NCBI GenBank assembly: GCA_007132905.1
Contig: SLNR01000060.1
Coordinates: forward strand, 1,442 to 65,441
Direction of reading: 5' to 3'
DNA from: Candidatus Sumerlaeota bacterium
GTDB taxonomy: Bacteria; Bacillota; SLNR01
Length of the DNA stretch: 64,000 nt
Shown here: positions 59,239 through 64,000 of the stretch, piece by piece
Numbering within the stretch: position 1 is the stretch's first letter
How the letters are laid out: each line of letters opens with the position of its first letter
Made by a program: the position numbers and the translations under genes
Notes under the pieces: generated by a model
Databases searched by the model: none
Told to the model about the DNA's origin: nothing
What the model saw: only the letters and a program-made list of their open reading frames with translations

Positions 59239-60273
59239 GTGTTCGCATTTTTTAATAAGTTTTCAAAAGATATGGGTATTGACTTGGGAACGGCCAATAC
59301 GTTGGTCCATGTGAAAGGAAGAGGGATTGTACTCCAAGAACCTTCCGTTGTGGCCTTACAAAAAGATACAAAGACAATTTTGGCTGTCGGTGAAGAGGCA
59401 AAAAGGATGATCGGTAGAACTCCGGGCAATATTATTGCTATACGGCCTTTAAAAGATGGAGTCATCGCCGATTTTGAAATCACTCAGACAATGCTGAAAC
59501 ATTTTATCGGAAAAGCGAATAAAAACAAGTCTTTTGTGAAGCCGAGAGTGGTTGTCTGTGTTCCTTCCGGTATTACCGAAGTAGAAAAACGGGCTGTTAC
59601 AGATGCAACTGTTCAAGCCGGTGCGAGGGAAGCCTATCTTCTGGAAGAACCTATGGCGGCTGCCATTGGTTCGGGTCTTCCCGTGGATGAGCCGACCGGC
59701 AGCATGGTGGTGGATGTGGGGGGCGGAACAACGGAGGTCGCAGTAATTTCGTTAGGTGGAATTGTGTCAAGCCGTTCGATAAGAATCGGCGGAGACGAGA
59801 TGGATGACGCCATCATACAGCATATTAAAAGAAGTTATAATCTCATGATTGGCGAAAGGACGGCGGAAGAAATCAAAATGAATATTGGCGCGGCTCTATC
59901 TTTAAACCCGGAGGAAGAGACGGAAATTCGCGGCCGTGATCTGGTAACAGGCCTGCCTAAGACAGTCTCCATCACCTCTTCGGAGATCCACAAAGCGCTG
60001 GCTGAGCCTGTGACAAATTTGATTGATGCCATCAAAATCACCTTAGAAAGAACCCCTCCTGAACTATCTTCTGATGTGATGGACCGCGGCATCATGCTGA
60101 CGGGAGGGGGAGCTTTGTTAAGGGAGTTTGATAAACTTGTTGCCGAAGAAACCGGCATGCCTGTCCATCTAGCCGAGGATCCTCTATTGTGTGTGGTAAG
60201 AGGGGCTGGCGCGGCTTTAGACGGACTCAATCGCTGGAAAAAGGCCTTGCAATCCCCAAAACGAATAAGTTAA
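59239..60273 (+). CDS. mreB: rod-shape determining protein MreB
   Basis: IDLGTANT and [14 protein letters not shown] actin-fold motifs. GTG start after AAGGAGG. Confidence 0.96.
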   Translation: MFAFFNKFSKDMGIDLGTANTLVHVKGRGIVLQEPSVVALQKDTKTILAVGEEAKRMIGRTPGNIIAIRPLKDGVIADFEITQTMLKHFIGKANKNKSFVKPRVVVCVPSGITEVEKRAVTDATVQAGAREAYLLEEPMAAAIGSGLPVDEPTGSMVVDVGGGTTEVAVISLGGIVSSRSIRIGGDEMDDAIIQHIKRSYNLMIGERTAEEIKMNIGAALSLNPEEETEIRGRDLVTGLPKTVSITSSEIHKALAEPVTNLIDAIKITLERTPPELSSDVMDRGIMLTGGGALLREFDKLVAEETGMPVHLAEDPLLCVVRGAGAALDGLNRWKKALQSPKRIS

Positions 60274-60282
60274 ACAGAGGGC

Positions 60283-61119
60283 GTGATTGTTTTGCTGTGG
60301 CTTTCAAAAAACAGGAAATGGATTATTTCTGCCATACTGGTCTTCGCCCTGCTTGCTTCCATTGGTTTTACCTCTCAACGTTACCGGGAAATAACAACCT
60401 TTGAAAGTTTTGTTGTGGATGCTTTCTCCACCATACAGAAGCCTTTTCAGACAGCCGGTTCTGTTGTCAGTCGGTTTTTTGATCAGATATCACAGATTCG
60501 CACTTTAAAGCAGGACAATGAGAGTATGAGAAAAGAACTGGAAGAAATAAGAAGTGAATACTTACATCTTATTGAGAGAGAAAAAGAAAACCAGCGCTTA
60601 AGAGAGTTGCTTGATTTTAAGGAGGAGACTCCTTTTGAGACTTTGAGCGCGTCGGTGGTCGGGAGAAGTTCTACTCACTGGTACGGCACCATTACATTAG
60701 ATCAAGGTTCCCGAGATGGGGTAAAAAGAGATATGTCAGTGGTAACCGGCAAGGGGCTTGTCGGCCGGGTAACGAATACAACTGATAGAACTTGCACGGT
60801 ACTGCTTTTAATGGATCCCGACAGCGGAGTAGGCGCTTATGTGCAGAGAACTAGAGACCAAGGTGTCGTTTTAGGACAGCCAGGACGGGAAAATCTATTG
60901 GAGATGAGGCTCTTTTCTCGTGAAAGCCAAGTGGAGGAAGGGGATCCTGTGCTGAGCTCAGGATTAGGAGAAATTTTTCCCAGAGAAATCCCCATCGGTA
61001 CCGTGGAAAGTGTAGTGATGCGAGAATATGGGCTGACAATGTATGCGCTTATTACCCCATACGTGGATTTTGATCGACTTGAAGAAGTCTTAATATTAAA
61101 GACTTCACAGGAAAACTGA
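60283..61119 (+). CDS. mreC: rod-shape determining protein MreC
   Basis: N-terminal TM helix, coiled coil (ENQRLRELL), and beta domains with GLVGRV and SGLGEIFP. Confidence 0.9.
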   Translation: MIVLLWLSKNRKWIISAILVFALLASIGFTSQRYREITTFESFVVDAFSTIQKPFQTAGSVVSRFFDQISQIRTLKQDNESMRKELEEIRSEYLHLIEREKENQRLRELLDFKEETPFETLSASVVGRSSTHWYGTITLDQGSRDGVKRDMSVVTGKGLVGRVTNTTDRTCTVLLLMDPDSGVGAYVQRTRDQGVVLGQPGRENLLEMRLFSRESQVEEGDPVLSSGLGEIFPREIPIGTVESVVMREYGLTMYALITPYVDFDRLEEVLILKTSQEN

Positions 61120-61138
61120 TCTGTAAGGAGGAAATATT

Positions 61139-61630
61139 TTGACGGGGTTTCTCACCGGTTGTTTGGTTGTGTTTAGTATCCTTGTCCAATCCACCATATT
61201 CAACCGGGTAACTCTATTCGGTGCCAGCCCAGACCTGGTATTGATCCTTACTGTTCTTTTTGGTTTTCTGAGGGGTTCGAGATTGGGAGCTTGGGTGGGG
61301 TTTGGAGGAGGAATTCTCCAGGATATCCTATCCGGACAGTTTATCGGCGCCAATGCTCTGACCAAAATGGCGGTCGGGTATTTGGCAGGCCTTATGGAGG
61401 GGAAATTTTTTTCAGACAATCCTGTTACACCTATGCTGTTGCTGTTTGTTGGGACGATCGGGAACGAGATTTTGTTTTGGCTCATTTTAGCGTCCTTTGG
61501 ACGGAGCATTCCGCTGTATGTGGCCGCATTACGACTTATTTTTCCCGTTGCCGTCTTAAACAGTGTTCTAGCCCCTTTTATTTTTTCTCAACTTAGAAAG
61601 TTGGATCGTTTCTTTAAGGACTTGGATTGA
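61139..61630 (+). CDS. mreD: rod-shape determining protein MreD
   Basis: 163 aa, 5 TM helices, conserved position after mreC. TTG start after AAGGAGG. Confidence 0.8.
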   Translation: MTGFLTGCLVVFSILVQSTIFNRVTLFGASPDLVLILTVLFGFLRGSRLGAWVGFGGGILQDILSGQFIGANALTKMAVGYLAGLMEGKFFSDNPVTPMLLLFVGTIGNEILFWLILASFGRSIPLYVAALRLIFPVAVLNSVLAPFIFSQLRKLDRFFKDLD

Positions 61631-61645
61631 TGGAGGAAGGTTTAC

Positions 61646-63487
61646 ATGGCGGATAAAACGATTATGAAAAGAGTGAAATTTTTTTCTTTCCTTATCATTT
61701 TTATGATGCTGTTTCTCACGATGAGACTGGGGTATTTGCAGATCATTAAAGGACAGGAATTAGCTGCATTGGCTGACGGCAATAGAATTCGGCTAATGCC
61801 TATTACTGCCCCTCGAGGATCGATCTATGATCGAACAGGAACGCTTATGGTAACCAGCCGGCCCGCTTACTCTGTTTCGATTATGCTGCTTGATTTGGAA
61901 GATGCAGAGCAGGTTGTACTTGAGTTGAGCCAGTTGCTTGATGTCGATTTTGAAGAAATTATGGATGAAATCGCCAGGAGGCAGAGTCAGCAGAGGCTCT
62001 TTGAGCCCATACCTGTGAAAGTGGATATTGACGAGAAGGCACATACAATGTTGGAGGAGCGGCGGGCGGATTTACCCGGTGTTATCATTGAAGTTGAAAC
62101 GGTGCGTGAATATGTCATGGGTCCTTTGGCGGCGCATGCTCTCGGATATGTAGGACCGTCGGAGACAGAGAACCGGATTGAAGGCAAGACCGGTTTGGAG
62201 AAGGTTTATGATGAATCTTTGTCAGGAATAGATGGCGGCAAACAAGTTGAAGTGAATGCGAGAGGCACTTATGCGCAGGTAATCGGGCAGGAGGATCCGA
62301 TACCGGGTAGTGATTTGGTGCTTACCTTAGACGCAGATCTTCAGGAAACAGCTGCTTTGGCTCTGGAAGAAAGTATGGAGAGGACAAGAAATCACCCAAG
62401 AAACCCCTTTCGAAATGCTCACCAGGGAGCAGTGGTAGCTTTGGACCCTAACAACGGGGAAATACTGGCTTTTGTGAGTTTGCCGTCTTACGATCCTAAC
62501 ATTTTTGTGACGGGTTTGTCCTCAAGTGATTGGGAAGATCTCAACGATCCGACTATGAGGCCGCTTATTAACCGTGTTAGCGGAGCGACCTATCCGCCCG
62601 GATCTGCTTTTAAAATGGTAACCGCCAGCGCTGGCCTTCAAGAAGGGGTAGTCACTTCATCGGAAAGATTATCCTGTCGAGGAACCTACCATATAGCCGA
62701 TGCCAGATGTTGGGTAAGAAGTGGGCATGGGGCTTCTAATATGATCAGAGGACTGGCGGTTTCCTGCAACTTATATTTTTATGAGGTGGGGCGCCGATTG
62801 GGCATTGATCGTATTGCCCATTACGCTGATCAATTTGGTTTTGGGAAACAGACAGGAATTGATCATGATGTGGATCGGGCAGGCACGCTGCCTTCTGTTG
62901 CCTGGAAACAAGAGCGTTTGAATCAGCCTTGGTGGCCTGGTGAGACGATTTATGCGGCCATTGGCCAGGGTTTTCATGCCTTTACACCACTGCAGCTGGC
63001 TGGTTACACAAGTACGGTTGCCAACGGCGGCACGCGCTATACCCCTTATTTGGTGAAGGAAATTATTGACAATGAAGGGGAGGTGTCTGCTGAATTTTCG
63101 CCGAAGACTCCTGAACCGAAAGTAGCTCAGGTTTTGGATGTTGATGCTGAACACATTGAAACGGTAAGACAGGGCATGAAAGGGGTTACCGAAGGAGAGG
63201 GAACGGCCGCTTGGGCTTTCAGGCGTTTCCCGATTTCGGTTGGTGCCAAAACAGGCACAGCTCAAAACAGTACCGGTGACAATCATGGTGTTTTTGTAGC
63301 GTTTGCTCCTTTTGAGAATCCAGAGATTGTGGTGGCTGTTCTTGTTGAACAAGGAGGAGCGGGCGGTACTACCGGCGCCCCTGTGGCTGTGGCGATATTC
63401 GAGGAGTTTTTTGGGTTAAATGAAGAAGATGACAGCGGCCAGGTTATTCCCGATGAGACAGCTCCTTTAGGAGTGGAGGAGAGCTAG
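61646..63487 (+). CDS. mrdA: penicillin-binding protein 2 (elongation transpeptidase)
   Basis: SAFK (SxxK), SCN (SxN) and KTGTA motifs, with an N-terminal TM anchor. Confidence 0.92.
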   Translation: MADKTIMKRVKFFSFLIIFMMLFLTMRLGYLQIIKGQELAALADGNRIRLMPITAPRGSIYDRTGTLMVTSRPAYSVSIMLLDLEDAEQVVLELSQLLDVDFEEIMDEIARRQSQQRLFEPIPVKVDIDEKAHTMLEERRADLPGVIIEVETVREYVMGPLAAHALGYVGPSETENRIEGKTGLEKVYDESLSGIDGGKQVEVNARGTYAQVIGQEDPIPGSDLVLTLDADLQETAALALEESMERTRNHPRNPFRNAHQGAVVALDPNNGEILAFVSLPSYDPNIFVTGLSSSDWEDLNDPTMRPLINRVSGATYPPGSAFKMVTASAGLQEGVVTSSERLSCRGTYHIADARCWVRSGHGASNMIRGLAVSCNLYFYEVGRRLGIDRIAHYADQFGFGKQTGIDHDVDRAGTLPSVAWKQERLNQPWWPGETIYAAIGQGFHAFTPLQLAGYTSTVANGGTRYTPYLVKEIIDNEGEVSAEFSPKTPEPKVAQVLDVDAEHIETVRQGMKGVTEGEGTAAWAFRRFPISVGAKTGTAQNSTGDNHGVFVAFAPFENPEIVVAVLVEQGGAGGTTGAPVAVAIFEEFFGLNEEDDSGQVIPDETAPLGVEES

Positions 63488-63566
63488 AGGAAGAAAGGAA
63501 TAAGATCATAGCGTGACGAATGATGTTTGTCATGGAGCATAAAGAGGGACTGCGGAGGAATTGTCG

Positions 63567-64000
63567 ATGGATATTCGTAAAGAAGAACCTGTGATAAAAG
63601 GAAATAAAGACGGTTTGGTGGTGCTGCTGGATGGATATCAGCCAGTGCAGGCCCATCTCCAAGGTATTAAGGACAGAATTGGATCGGCCGAGAACTTTTT
63701 CAAAAACGCAAAGGCTTCTTTGCAGATTAAAAACCAACCCTTAGATGAGGAAGGGGTAAAGGCGGTTAGAGATCTTCTCAAAGAATGGAATATAACGGTC
63801 GAAAAAGTATCTTACCTGGATGAGGGAAAAAGCGAAGGTGAGGTAAATGAAAAAGAGCAGGTTAAAAAAAGCGGTGACAGTGAAAAGGAGACTGACTTGC
63901 TGGCCCAAGAGATACACCAAATGTTGGATTATGAAAAAACCATCCAGAGAGACGAGAAGAGGACGCAAGGGCGAGAGAAGAAACGAAAGCAGCCCAAAGA
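63567..64000 (+). CDS. minC: septum site-determining protein MinC, N-terminal part (runs off window; absent from the ORF track)
   Basis: The frame is open from ATG 63567 (8 nt after GGAGG) to the window end. IKGNKDGLVVLLD resembles MinC N-domains, and the position after mrdA is typical. A charged linker follows. Confidence 0.6.
   Translation, partial: MDIRKEEPVIKGNKDGLVVLLDGYQPVQAHLQGIKDRIGSAENFFKNAKASLQIKNQPLDEEGVKAVRDLLKEWNITVEKVSYLDEGKSEGEVNEKEQVKKSGDSEKETDLLAQEIHQMLDYEKTIQRDEKRTQGREKKRKQPK

Overview
The window is 64 kb of chromosome from an anaerobic, low/mid-GC Firmicute, probably Clostridia (guess from gene content). Every gene I can support lies on the + strand. I found no CRISPR array, transposase, integrase or prophage.

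Gene order:
- 5'-truncated PhoR-like kinase
- frameshifted Na/Pi-cotransporter/PhoU gene
- glycolytic operon gap-pgk-tpiA-gpmI-eno
- secG
- membrane pyrophosphatase
- c-di-AMP (ydaO-type) riboswitch leading an unassigned operon: opine dehydrogenase, ATP-grasp ligase, hotdog thioesterase, MutL-like ATPase, B12-domain fusion protein, and possibly an HD hydrolase
- rnr-smpB-ssrA (tmRNA)
- repeat-TM membrane protein
- msrAB, alr, M20 amidohydrolase, UPF0316, MBL hydrolase
- class I fumarate hydratase alpha/beta, rph, rdgB, metallophosphoesterase
- cluster of 8 tRNAs
- tig-clpP-clpX-lon-engB
- T-box leader with valS, then folC
- putative H2-sensing module: DRTGG, GHKL ATPase, sensory-type [FeFe] hydrogenase homologue, DRTGG, PHP
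- two diverged tandem HydABC-type [FeFe] hydrogenase gene sets
- DUF4321, maf, radC, mreBCD, mrdA and the start of minC

The two regions most worth follow-up are the riboswitch-controlled operon at about 11.1-17.3 kb and the hydrogenase sensor/duplication region at about 44.4-57.3 kb. All product calls rest on motif recognition in the supplied translations and on my reading of the DNA. No database search was run.
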